Shown: in pieces, positions 1 through 12,512 of the stretch
Numbering within the stretch: position 1 is the first letter of the stretch
Layout: every line of letters begins with the position of its first letter
Origin: Octopus vulgaris
Lineage: Eukaryota
Length of the DNA stretch: 64,000 bases
Direction of reading: 5' to 3'
Assembly (NCBI GenBank): GCA_951406725.2
Contig: OX597837.1
Coordinates: forward strand, 16,306,001-16,370,000
Position numbers and translations under genes: made by a program
Notes under the pieces: generated by a model
Database searches by the model: none
Told to the model about the DNA's origin: nothing
Seen by the model: the letters and a program-made list of their open reading frames with translations, nothing else

Positions 1-20
1 AATCTATTCCATGTAACAAG
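1..20 (+). CDS. ARFGAP2: ArfGAP2/3: 3' end of first coding exon (5'-truncated by window edge)
   Basis: aa tct att cca tgt aac aag|GTAACA = (K)SIPCNK then a phase-0 donor. Matches the 'R-x-x-P-x-N-K' stretch preceding the ArfGAP zinc finger and joins in frame to QCFDC at 31315. Only 20 nt visible. Confidence 0.8.
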
Positions 21-1211
21 GTAACACCACTTCACAGCTTCTCTTCTCTTCTTTATCCGCTGACATTTCCTAATATTTATTTTGCTTCTCTCCACCATTC
101 TACAGCCAGTCCTCTGGTCTCTGCGCTGCTTACATACGTATCTCTTGTATATAGAGATTTTATATATATATGTTATATATGTTATGTATATATGTTTATA
201 TACATATGTATATATATATATACATATGTATATGTTATATATATATATATTCGTGGCTACTGTCAATCGAAGCTGTCCAAATTTGTGCTTTGCCCTCTTC
301 CCTGTCTCCAGCTGTTGTCAGTTTATAATGGATTTGTATTTAATAAGAATAATAATAATTTCTTTTGCTTTCACACCTTGACGAGTAAATCAGTTTTCAT
401 AGATTGAAAGAATTATAAATATACAGAAAAAAAGAATATATGAAATCAACCCAGATGTGATTCGAACTGGAGATCCTAAATAGAAATGGGTCTTATAATC
501 ATAGTAAAGGCCTGACATTTGGGAGTAGGGTCCAGTCAGTGACCTCGACCCCCAGTGCTCACCTTATTTTATCGAACCCGAAAGGATGACAGTTGACCTC
601 GGTAGGATTCGAACCCCAGAACACAATGTTTATTGTAATAATAATAATTATTGTTATTCTGGAATTTGTGAGAGCGGATTAGTGGTTGCCTCGACCCAGT
701 ATATGACTGGTACATAATTTAATTGATCCCTTCGCTTGGAGTATAATTGATTCAGTCGGTCCCAGGATATAATTGCTTCTTAATTAAACAACAACGGACT
801 GTCAGAAAAAAACAAAGAAATCCAGATTGAAAGACGAATTTGGACACAAAATGTTGAGAAGGGAATTCAGTCGAGGAATATTGATAAGGCTTTCTTTTCA
901 TGTGTCACGATGCCAAATTTTTCAAAGGTTTTCTGTGAGTTTTGGGGAAATGGTTGAGTGAAAGGACATCAGTGTCTTTCTCTACTGTTTACAGAGTCAA
1001 ACGAGAGAAGGTTTTTATGTGGCCGCTCGATATGCTAGAAATAACAGCTAAATCTCCCTAAAAATCACACCCTAGGGTCTTAAAATAAAGGACAGCTGGA
1101 TAATGTTATCCTTGGTGTGCCACTGAAAAGACGGTGGAATTCCTTCGATCACAGATCTGCTTGGTTAAGTTTTGAACTGGGCAACACAGCAACGACTGTG
1201 AACGATTGGTT

Positions 1212-1251
<40 letters not shown>

Positions 1252-1253
1252 AG

Positions 1254-1396
1254 AAAATTTTAAATTGGGGTATCTCCGAGATACCACCATCCTGAAATAG
1301 CCGTGAACCGACTCTAAAACCACCTTCAGTTGAGTCAGTTCACGGCTGCTATTTTCAGCATGGTGGTATCTCGTAGATACCCTAATTTATAATTTT
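1254..1396. repeat. Imperfect inverted repeat (about 60-bp arms), MITE/Penelope-like hairpin next to (TA)n
   Basis: AAAATTTTAAATTGGGGTATCTCCGAGATACCACCATCCTGAAATAGCCGTGAACCGACTC is mirrored by GAGTCAGTTCACGGCTGCTATTTTCAGCATGGTGGTATCTCGTAGATACCCTAATTTATAATTTT. Confidence 0.85.
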
Positions 1397-1486
1397 AATA
1401 ATTATTACCTTTGAAGGTTATTTTTTCCATGCTGACCACTTGATAAGAAGGTTATTTTATTTTAAATTAACTATCTTATCCTTATT

Positions 1487-1526
<40 letters not shown>

Positions 1527-2779
1527 AGCAACATACACACACACACACATGAACTGTTTACAATCACCATAACTTAATAGGATGGGATAAGCAAGGGATG
1601 GTTAGGAAAATAAGAGTAAATAAACTACATCAAAAACCAAATCTTCATACAGTTATCTCCTATCGATTCAATGTAAGAAAACAGTGGAAAAAACACTGGC
1701 GAAGCTTTGGAGAATTCTATTATTATTATTTTTATATAAAGCTCAAACCTAGCTTGACTTGATCTGCTCCTTCTGGACAGGTTCTTGAATGTAAGTTGTT
1801 TTTCTCTCCTTATTAAATATACATCTTATAGTGGTTGGGGGGTGGGTTATGGCTACGATTAACCTATTCTGAAAAATTCTATTTCATGTGTGTGTGAATT
1901 TATATACGGTAAAACTCAATGCGTAAATTAAGAGTGTGTGTATGTATATATATATATGTGTGTGTGTGTATGTATGTATGTATATATATAACCTTTTATT
2001 CAAAGCACTAAATTCAAGATCCTAGTGTTTCGGCCAAAGGAGCCTGTCAGTTTGACAAGTACCCAGGATTTGAGAATCTAATTGACAACTAGTGAAAATA
2101 TTTTACAGACATACAATATATATATATATATATAGCGTGTGTGGTTGCCATTAATTTTGCCCAATTTGGGGCGAAGCTTATAATAATATTAAACAAACAA
2201 CAAAATATTGGACCCACTAATTTGGGTGTCAATATTGTTTGATAACATTGCTCGTGTCCCAGTCAAAACCTATTTTTATAATAAATGAGTGTTTTTTGTA
2301 TTGAATTTCTCCATACACTGATATTTCATTTTTAAAACTCTTTCAAAATAACAACCCCCAACAAAATGAACTTCTGTACTGAACAATTGATCAAGCTTTG
2401 TTGTTTGGATTTGGCTACACCTCTTCACTGCCTGCTCACCTTCTCTTCCTACTCGGTCCGTTTGTTAATCGTAACCACTTGTAGCTATTCTCACTCCTCC
2501 AACCTCTCATATTTATTCTCTTATTTACGACTCTCCGACTGATGACTTGGCACTACGTGTGAATGCGTGTGCTGGTGGTGGTGGAAAACTATAAATCATT
2601 CTCAACAGCTGTGTAATAGGTTTTATTGTGTGGCTTCATTATTAAAACACTAATCGCCACCGACAGCTCAACACCTCCGCCTATTTACGCAATCGTTGAC
2701 CTGTTAGATATAACAGCCAAACCGCCCTCAAATCCAACCGTATTATCTCCATAATGATAATAATCCTTTCTATTATAAG

Positions 2780-2945
2780 CACAAGATTCGAAATTGTGAC
2801 AGATGGGGTCTAGTTGATTACTTCGACCCCAGTGTGTCACTAGTACTTAATTTATCGACTCCGAAAGGATGAAAGGCAAAGTCTACCTCGACGGAATTGA
2901 ACTAAGCCTTTTGCCCGGCGTGCTAACGATTCTTCCAGCTCGCCG
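2780..2945 (-). mobile_element. tRNA-derived SINE with Nin/Deu-type core (family A)
   Basis: Reverse complement contains GCGAGCTGGAAGAATCGTTAGCACGCCGGGCAAAAGGCTTAG and GACTTTGCCTTTCATCCTTTCGGAGTCGATAAATTAAGTACTAG. Dozens of copies occur in the window. Confidence 0.8.
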
Positions 2946-4589
2946 TCTTAATGATATTATTAATAATTATTATTATATTAATTTAAGATATGGAGAGGTC
3001 GTATTGTAGTCTCGATAAAAAGAAAAAAGATGCTTACGGCTAGAACTCCTTTGGTTATAAAAACAGAATTTTCCTTTTCCTCTTAATTTTTTTTTTTCCT
3101 AATTTTAGTCCTGTACACAGAGGGATTAGCCAAGTACTGACACCCTACCAATTAACCCATAAACGTGAAGGGGGGTGGGTGGCGTTTGAGGTATTGTTTA
3201 TTCAATTTAACCCCCAAGTATTATTATATGTTTAGTGGTATTTAGCTTGGAAGGTTAACGTGATCGCTTGATCTACCAGAAATCACCACCGGAGTTTCCC
3301 CGAAATCATATCCGAGCATCTTAAAACAAAACAAGGACGCAAACTGATAATATAAAGCCCTAAAAAGGACGTCGCACACGAGCAGGCGCGGGCGGGCGGG
3401 CACTGCTGGAAACGTCTTTGATCATAGGTTTACCTGTCTGGATCTCAGTAAGAACCACCACTACCACCGGCCCTTGTTTTATCGACCTCTGGTGGGACTT
3501 TAGCAGAAAAATGCAGGAAGGGCTGAAATGAAAACCTTAATGCTTTAGCTTTCTAACCCTGTCTGTCCCCGTTAATACTTTTGTTTGGGTTGGAAGAGAA
3601 TATTTCACGCTATAAACATGGTTGGATATCGAAATGGAAGTTCATTTCATTTAGTATCCTCGACTGATTCATCAATGTTTCTCTCTCTCTCTCTCTGCAT
3701 GTCACATGATCCATTTTTTCCATTCAGTGAGTTTTCATTATATTCCAAATGACAGAATTGATTTTTCTCTCTATTTTCTCAATTGTCAGTAAATACATTC
3801 ACCTTCATTTTCGATTACCATTTTCGATTATACAATTCTTGCCACTTATCACACTTCGATGTTACTCTTGTTGTCTAACCCCGATCGGCTCTGCTCAAAC
3901 AAACCTACAATCAAAAGCATTTCAACCATAATCAAGTCTGGGTTTATATTTTTGTAGATGGATACAAACAGAGTGTATCTAATACTATCCAGAGTTCCCC
4001 TTTTCTTACGGTAGAGCTGTATTTCTTAGACTCTGTGTTGTTTATTCGAAAAGTGACAAAATCAGTGGTTTGATGTGTTTAGTTACCTCCCCCTTTACCT
4101 TGTGTCTGTGTGTGTATGAAATAATGTTTAAAATGAAGATTTTCCGGAATTGTAACACCATCTTTAGAGAGTAATGTTTACAATATAAATATTGGTTCCC
4201 TATTTTTGGTACAAGGCCAGCGATTTCGAGGAAGGGGCTGAAAAGCAAAGTCGACCTTGGCGGAATTTGAACTCAGAGCGTAATTACCGAGGAAATGCTA
4301 AGCATTTTGTTCCACGTACTAATTATTCTGCCAGCTCGCCGCCTTATTTACAATATAAATATTAGACGATCGGTTAGCGGAATCAGAAAATATCAGACAA
4401 AACTCCTTATAGTATTTGGCTTTCTTTTTACGAACTGAGTTCAAATGAGGCCTGTAGTTTGTTGCTGCTAGAAATCAAACTGGGACTTGACTAACTCCGG
4501 CTGAGTCAGATGGGCGAGAGAGTCTGATGTTGAACATAAGACGCCACCCCCACCCACCCACCCACCAAGAACATCACTAACGATGCATC

Positions 4590-4900
4590 GGGACCTGATC
4601 ATCAAAAACAATCATTCTCCTGTCATCTCAATCTTGGTCTACCCCTATGTCTCCCGCCAGTTGGCTCCGCTTGAAGAATCTTGCAATCCTTTCCTGTAAC
4701 ATTTTAACCCCATGTCCATAGTACAGCAAATAGACAACATATTTTTCAGGATGTAAGACACTTAATGAACTCTATCAATTTCTCCATTCTTCAAGAAATT
4801 ATAACGTCTTTGAAAAGCAATAAAAATTGACATAAGAAAACACTTGCCTCCTAGCTGCTCTCTACTCCATCAGTTAAGATCAACACGATGTTGTTCTTCT
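4590..4900 (-). pseudogene. Decayed RTE-type LINE ORF 3' fragment
   Basis: Minus strand reads ..KILQAEPTGGRHRGRPRLR*.., resembling the RTE C-terminal GxRxRGRPRxRW motif. Weak and disrupted. Confidence 0.45.
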
Positions 4901-7900
4901 GACATTAACACAAAGAGGATGTCCCGGTGTGCTTTCTTTTCTCTGCTCCCTTCCTTAAAGTGAATTTTTATGTCCTATTACAGACCAACAAAGCATTCAT
5001 AATATTTTTGATTAAACCTCAAGGCAAAATAATGACTGTGTGAAGAAAGTGCACTCCTTTAATGTAATGTATATATTCTGATAAAATATCTAACAATATT
5101 GAAAAGAGAATTATCTCGCCTCAAATGTGTTGTACTCTTCAACCAAAGTCTCTCTTTGTAACCATGTGGTTTTAGGTTCAATTCCACTGCACAACACTTG
5201 GGGCAAGAGATTCTATAACTCTGAAGTTTACCAGTGCCTTGCATGTGAATTTGGTAAACAGAAACTGTGTGGCAGTTCTGTGTGTGTTTGTCCTCACTAC
5301 TACTTGACAGTTGGTGTTGTTTATATCTCAGTATCTAGCGAAAGATTTAGATAAATTACATATCACACTTGGAAAAAAAAAAGTGCTGAAGTTAATTTGT
5401 TTCACTAAACAGTTTAAGAGAGTGTCCTGTCAATGCCACAGTCCAATAACTGAAACCAGAAAAGATAGACATTCACACCAAATTGTGTCATCCACATACG
5501 AGAAGGTTGTTGCAGTTTATAATAGAAAAAAAAAAAGTTTTGTATTTCTCTTAAGTTTTTTTTTAATCTGTTAGGATTATTGGATATGTTCTGAGCCAAA
5601 ACCTAAATTCAGAATGCATTTCATTAGGTTTCATTGGACCTAATGAGTTACTATCTCTAAACAAATGCTTCTTCAGTAGCAGTTGATGACCATTCACTTG
5701 TATCCTTTTGATTTTCTTTGTACGGATATCATCTCTCAAATCCTTGTCTCGAAAAGATATTTTTCTTGTTAGAACTCCTGTTGCTGCCCACAGTGACACA
5801 GGAGCTTAATTCATGTTTACATAAGTGAATTGTTTTTTGTTTTTTGAACAAGGGCTTATGCACACAAGAATTAACCCTAGAGGAAATGGGCAATGTGAAC
5901 ATGCCACTTGGACAAAAGTTGGTATTGTTAGCTTTGAAGTCCTGGACTCTTTCAGGATCTCACTGGGAAGATATTCTTTTTGGAATACTTCATTTAGTCT
6001 GGTCTCTGCTCTCAGCTGGTTGTCTTTCTTTAAATAAACATGTATACACTTAAAAAGGTGATCCTTTATTTGAAGAAACTCAACTACTAGATTTTAAATG
6101 ACAACTTTATCTTCATTCAGAAAAATGATAATAAACACTGTCTCACTTCTAATTCCTCATGATGCCCCACATATCCAAGTGAAATAGTTACACTTGCAGG
6201 GTCTGATTTTCTAATTGCTGATTCAGTTCTACATCTTAGTATCACTCAGGGTTACTCAGCCTTCCTTCCATGATACTATTTCTCAAACAGTAGACCTCTT
6301 GGAGTAACAGAAATATTTTATTTATGGATGAATTTCTTTTAAACAGAACCATTAGATTTATTATTATGTGCAATTGTACAAACATAAAATTTAATTCCAG
6401 AACAGAATTGTAACATTACTATTACATTTAAAGTTGCATAAGTTTTCTTTTTTTTTTTTTGGTTTTTCTTTTTGTGCTTTTCCTTAATGAAGGGTAAATG
6501 TTGTGATTCTATGTTCTTTTAACAAGTGATGTCTCATGTAATGGTTGAGGGCAATGTTGAGCCGTAGTAAGATTCCTTAAAGTCTTTCATGTGCAGTTAT
6601 GTTATTAGGAAGTAAAATAAAGAATAGATCTGATCTGTTTCAATCAATTTAATTTCCACTTCTGTCATTGGATGTTGTATTCCTGTGGGTGTATAATATA
6701 ATCGACATCATCATTTTAACTCCCACATTTCCATGCTTGCAAGAGTCAGATGAAATTTGTTGAGGCAGATTTTCTACCGCTGGATGTTCTTCCTGTCTCC
6801 AAATCTCCACTGTTTCTAAACAAGCTAATATTTCCCCTAGTCTAGATATGTTTTCACTTAAGATTACAAACAAACACCATCACTTATAAGTTTCGTTTAT
6901 AATTAGCATGTTTCTAAACATGGTGCCAATATATATATACACTCTTGTGTATATTTACAATAGATGACCTTGTGCCTATGTTAGAGATCAGTGTTGCCAT
7001 TGCTTAACCCAAAGCCGACTCTGAATGAGACAGTCTGTGATCGAAGTGACGTATCGTAATGTGTCCTTTTATTGTCTCAAAGGTATTTGGTAAATTCAAC
7101 TGTCATTCCTTGTAGGTCATGTAACCAAATAGAAGCTTCCTTACCTTTTTTGACGACTTCTGGACACCTCATTTCTCTTATCTATCTCTCACAGCTCCCA
7201 CTGAACTTTTATCTCCCTTCCCCACTAAATGTAAGTAACTGTGCAGTTCTTCTACAACAACCGGCATTCCTCCCCCTTCATCCCCTAGCATAAAGCTAAC
7301 CCCTATCCTCTTGGGGGTTTGTTGTCTTGCAAGTTGCATAGCAACATTCATAGTTCTGGTGGCATGAAAAATGCACCCTGTACACCCTGTAAAGTGGTTA
7401 GTATTAGGAAGGGCATCAAGTCATAGAAACCATGCCATAGCAGACGTTAGAGCATGATGCAGTCTGTGGACCCATCAGATCCTCTCAGATCCTGTTCAAA
7501 TTGTTAATTTATGATGACAAATGTTGGATAAAATGTATAACAATATTTAGTTCCAACCAATTACATTCTGAATTCAAATCTCACCAAGGTCAGTTTGCCA
7601 TTCAACTTCCCAGGGTCACTAAAATAAAGTACCAGCCACATACTGAGGTCAATATAGTCTGTTGCACTCTGCTCCAAATATCTGACCTTGTGCTTGTATA
7701 AGAAATCATTCTAGCCTTGTAGTATTTAGTGGCTCTGGTAAAGACTTCAGGTTTCTTAGTATTGAATCCAACATCTTATAGCACTTAAAATGAAACGATG
7801 ATTGTAATGATGGCAATAATTATTTCCGATTCTAGCACACAACCAGAAATTTTTAGCGGGGAGGATTAGTTTGATACCATCAACCCCAGTACATGATTAG

Positions 7901-8106
7901 TGCTTTATTTTATCAGCCCTTGAGGTATGAAAGGGCTAGTTGACATCAGCAGGATTTGAACTCAGAATGTAAAGAACTAGAACAGATATCACAAGCCATC
8001 TTCTCACAGAATTTTGAATATGAGTGACACTGTTTCCTTGATAGTGACACTCACTTCTGTCAACACAATGTCACAACTGTCAACAGAATGTCAATACAAA
8101 GCGATG

Positions 8107-8405
<299 letters not shown>

Positions 8406-8552
8406 CAGGCTTCTTTTATCAAGGCTTTATTCAACACAGTGCTATAAGAGAAGACAGTTAACTCAGGTGCCACACTGTGGGACTGAACTTGAAACCATGT
8501 GGTTTGGAAGCAAAATAGTTAAAAGAAAAAAGTCCACCAAAATATGTGTATA

Positions 8553-9390
8553 CTAGCTGACGTACCTGGTAGTTCCCAGGAAAGCAGAGCTTATCCCTTG
8601 GTTCCGTTCTCATAATTGTTTCGTTAATCTAATAACAGCAATACAAAGTATGTAGCCTTTAAAATGGGTTTTTGTGCATTTACAGAGAATATCGAACTGT
8701 CTTACACAGGATCTTGTTTTTAAGAATACCCAATAAGTTATGAATACCCAAATTGTGAAATCAGTTATGTAATAATTTGAAATTAGTTACCCTATAGTAA
8801 GAATTCAAATAGAGTAGCTCCGAAAAGGGCTTTAATGCGTTCCTAGAATATATAGAACATAGGAAATACTAATTAGGTATGTATACTAAAATCGTGAAGC
8901 ATGTTACGTAATAACAGGCTAATCAGATATGAGATAAAAACAATTCAAAGTAAAAAACTCTGAAAAGGGCTTTTGTGCATTCCCAGAGAATATTACCCTC
9001 AGTGGTGCTAGTGTTGGTATACTTGTGAATAAGTCACTAACCGAAATAAGTGATTGTATTGTTTAGGAAAATACTATTTACTTGTTTAAGGGTTGTACTG
9101 GATAAATTGCCAAAATAACTCTAACAGTTCAAATACTAAGAAATAAGTTTGATTTATACCAAATAATTTAGGAAAATGAATGGGTTATTTCCCTTGACTT
9201 TTAAAATAAAATGTATTGGATATATACAAGGATCCCTTCCAGGAGCCCTATTATCGATATTTTTTCAACAATCTGAATATGCTCTACATGAGTTCTTCTC
9301 ATGTGTCAAGTTTCATCAAAATTGATTGAACGATGTAGAAGTTAGCGAACTACTCCACAAACGCACCCACAGACACAATTTTCCGCATAT
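8553..9390 (-). mobile_element. Non-autonomous Helitron-type element
   Basis: Minus-strand 3' end: hairpin CCTGG-GAACTA-CCAGG followed by TACGTCAG-CTAG|T. The 5' region has TGTGTCTGTG...CAATTTTGATGAAACTTG, shared with the Helitron at 24315. Left boundary is precise, right boundary approximate. Confidence 0.7.
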
Positions 9391-10242
9391 GTGCCCAGAA
9401 AAATAAAATTCCTGTCCATGAACACCTCTCTCTCCCACACCCCATCTATCCTCACCACTGATGTGTACCTCCTCTATTCTCCTTCACATGTCCATCTACC
9501 TAACTGTTAAATCTTTCCCCTCACCTAACTCCCACTTGTTTCAAAACCTTGTGAACTCACCCACCTACCCACCCTCTCTACTCCCTGCTACATTCCACTA
9601 TATACATCACCTTTTAACTCACCCCCTTCTCCCTCTCTGTCACATCATCACCCTCTTTCTCTCCCCTCTTTCATCTAAGGAAACCATATCTCTCTCCTAC
9701 ATTTTCTGTCCCTCAGTACTATTCCCTCTATTTGAGAGGTCTTGTCCTGCCAGTTACTTTCTGACCTCACAGCTGGTGCCACAAAAATAGCACCCAGTCC
9801 ACACTCTGTAAAGTGATTGGCATTAGGAAGGGCATCCAGCCAGAGAATCCATGCCAAAACAGACAGCAGAACTTGGTGTAGCCTTCTAACTTACCTGTTC
9901 CTGTCAAACTGTCCAACCCATGCCTGCATGGAAAATGAACATTAAATGATGATGTATGTATGTTGTGTGTGTGTGTGTATGAGTCAATGGACAAATGAAA
10001 GAAAAGGGTGCTTAAAACATTTAGCATTCCAGAAGCCTGAAGGAGTTGGGCTCCTGCAAAACTTGAAGTATCATGGACCTGAATCAAACCATTTTAAATA
10101 TATATATTTAATTAGAAGGTATGTTAACCTTGTGAAGGGATGCTTGCATCCAAGGAAGTACTGGTTCAGTACCTAGTATTTTAGGGGAAAGAAATTCCCT
10201 TAAAACAATAGGTATATATAAAGCATATAGTTTATATCCATT

Positions 10243-10547
10243 TAAAAGAAGAAAAGGAAATGGGGACTAGGAAGTTAATAATTGTTTGTTATTAACAACA
10301 AATCTTCACTTCTTACACCTGTTTCAGAGTCTGCTGAAATGAAATGATAAACCCACATATAACATCCAAAGCTACATCTTTGTTCTCTGATGAAATTATA
10401 CTCATGTCACATAAATGTAAATTTAATGTACAAATTTGTAATTAAATTATTGAGTATTAATTGAAACAGATGTAAAGAAGTGAAGATGACCAATTTGTTG
10501 TTAATAATAAACAATTATTAACTTCCTAATTTTCTTTTCTTCTTTTA
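10243..10547 (+). mobile_element. Palindromic non-autonomous element (Penelope pLTR-like) with minimal hammerhead ribozyme core
   Basis: About 80-bp inverted arms (10243-10325 / 10463-10547). Core: TTCT-CTGATGA (10387-93), stem AATTATACTCA..TGAGTATTAATT, GAAAC-AGAT-GTA (10463-74), (A)AGAA. Confidence 0.7.
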
Positions 10548-10549
10548 TA

Positions 10550-11409
10550 CAGGGTGTCCCAAAAGTCATTGATGAGTTTCAATTTTTAAGAACTTCCTTA
10601 ACTTTACAAATAAATGGATGAAATTTTGATACAATATAAAAGATATAATGCAAATTAATATGCACAAGTCAAATTTTGCAACACCACTTCATTACATATG
10701 AAAAATGACATCACTTAAATGGTAGTCATTTTCAGCTTTGCATGCCTATACTCTTTCCAAGACTTGCACCATAACACCCTCAAGAGTTTCAGACCCCACA
10801 CCTCTGATTTCTCTATTGATGTTCTCCTTCAGTTGCACCTGGGTCTCCAATTTGTTAACGTAAATCCTCTCTTTTGGGTCTCCCCATAAGAAAAAATCCA
10901 GGCTAGTCAAGTCTGGGCTGCATGAAAGCCATTCAAAGTAGACCTCACATATGGTTCCAGCAAGATGGGGAAACTGTTTATACTGCAAAAGAAACAATGC
11001 AGTTGCTACAGCAGTGCTTTGGAGAGAGAACAATCTCCCACTACAGCAATGACTAGTTCGGATTTTTTCTTGTGGAGATATTTGAAAGGGAGACTTTACG
11101 TCAACAAATTGGAGACCCTGATGCAACTGAAAGAGAACATCAATAGAGAAATCAGAAGTGGTGTCTGAAACTCTTGAGGGTTTTATGGTGCAAGTCTTGG
11201 AAAGAGCATGAGTGTGTGAAGCCGAAAATGACTGCCATTTAAGCAATGTCATTTTTCTTATGTAATGTAGTGGTGTTGCAAAATTTGACTTGTGCATATT
11301 AATTCCCATTATGTCCCCTTTATATTGTCTCAAAATTTCATGCATTTATTTGTAAAGTTTAGGAAGTTCTTAAAAATTGAAACGCATCAGTGACTTTTGG
11401 GACACCCTG
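10550..11409. mobile_element. Tc1/mariner-superfamily foldback element made of two inverted transposase 3' ends
   Basis: TA|CAGGGTGTCCCAAAAGTCA ... TGACTTTTGGGACACCCTG|TA. About 350-bp arms each encode DFFLW..KxRxYVNKLETxxQLKENINREIR; the left arm also has W..CSPDLTSLD (SPDL motif). Confidence 0.92.
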
Positions 11410-12114
11410 TATATATATATAAAATATAAGTTAGTGTGCTCTGTAGTCATTAACATTCTCTTCCCAAATATATAAATTTGGGTGATGTATGTTAGTGATT
11501 ACACAATATAGTAATTTTCGTGTGTGTTTGTGTGAAAAAAAACCTGTTTTTTTACTCTACTTGCCATGTCACTCCATTTCATAGTATGTGATTAAGTATA
11601 AATTCAATAGGTATCTATTTGTCATACGAGTTTTTGAACACGTGTCTAGTGTTACACCTATTATCAGTATTGCCTGTCATGTTATGTCAATACAGACATG
11701 TCTTTTAAATAGCACATGAATCTGTGTCTAGCAGGAGTAAATGTGTTTATTTCATTTGTCAGTTTTTTTTCCACTCCTACAGGTGAGGCTACCTTTTGGT
11801 AGCCAACTAACTGTCATCTAGCTCCAACACTGTTGTTCTTTGCCTAGCCTCTAGTCAACCCTGTCATTCAAGGTATAGCCACATAATCACCAGACCCTCT
11901 TTGTTAAAGGCACTGGTCTTTACTCCATTTGTAATTTGGGTCTCTACTTTCACCAAACGACATTTTACACATGCCTCTTTCACATTTCCCCCCTCCCCCA
12001 AATATTATTTTAACTATAGTGAAGTTAATTTTGCTCATTGATTTATCACCTACCATGTGTCTGCTCCTACTCATATGTTCATCTTGCCAATTTTCTTTTT
12101 TTCATATATAATAG

Positions 12115-12512
12115 GCACAGGTATGGGTGTGTAATAAGAATTTTGCATCCTGACCATATGGTTCTGAATTCAGTTCCACCATGTAGCACCTCAGACAGCT
12201 GTTGTCTGCTATTGCCCCAGGCCAACCAAAGCCTCATGAGAGGATTTGTTTGATGACAAGTTAAAAAAGCTAATCGTGTGTGTCTGTGTGTCCTTGTCTT
12301 TACATAGTGTGATAAGTGTAAATGAGGGTCACTGTCATACACGCAGTGTCATTTCTTTCCTATCTTCTGTGAAAACATGTCTGGCCATGGGGAAATATTA
12401 CCTTGCTGGGAAACTGGTGGTGGTTGGCAACAGGAAAGGCATCCAGCTGTAGAAGATCCACCTCATAAACCTTGTCTGATCCATGGGAAAGGGGACGGTG
12501 ATGATGACGATG
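12115..12512 (+). mobile_element. Long tRNA-derived CORE-type SINE (family B) with RTE-like 3' tail; similar copies near 18560, 28205, 42595, 48295, 56870
   Basis: A/B-box-like head (GGTTCTGAATTCAGTTCCAC), CCAAAGCCT..GGATTTG core, (TG)n, and tail GGAAAGGCATCCAGCTGTAG..CCATGG..GATGATGA. Confidence 0.75.

Noticed and set aside
5563-6053. Short ORFs in non-repetitive-looking sequence as a nested gene
   Set aside because: No recognisable domain, no consistent splice signals, and lengths expected by chance.
10746-11345. 199-aa minus-strand ORF
   Set aside because: Chimeric read-through across the foldback element: the antisense of one arm fused to the transposase tail of the other. Not a gene.
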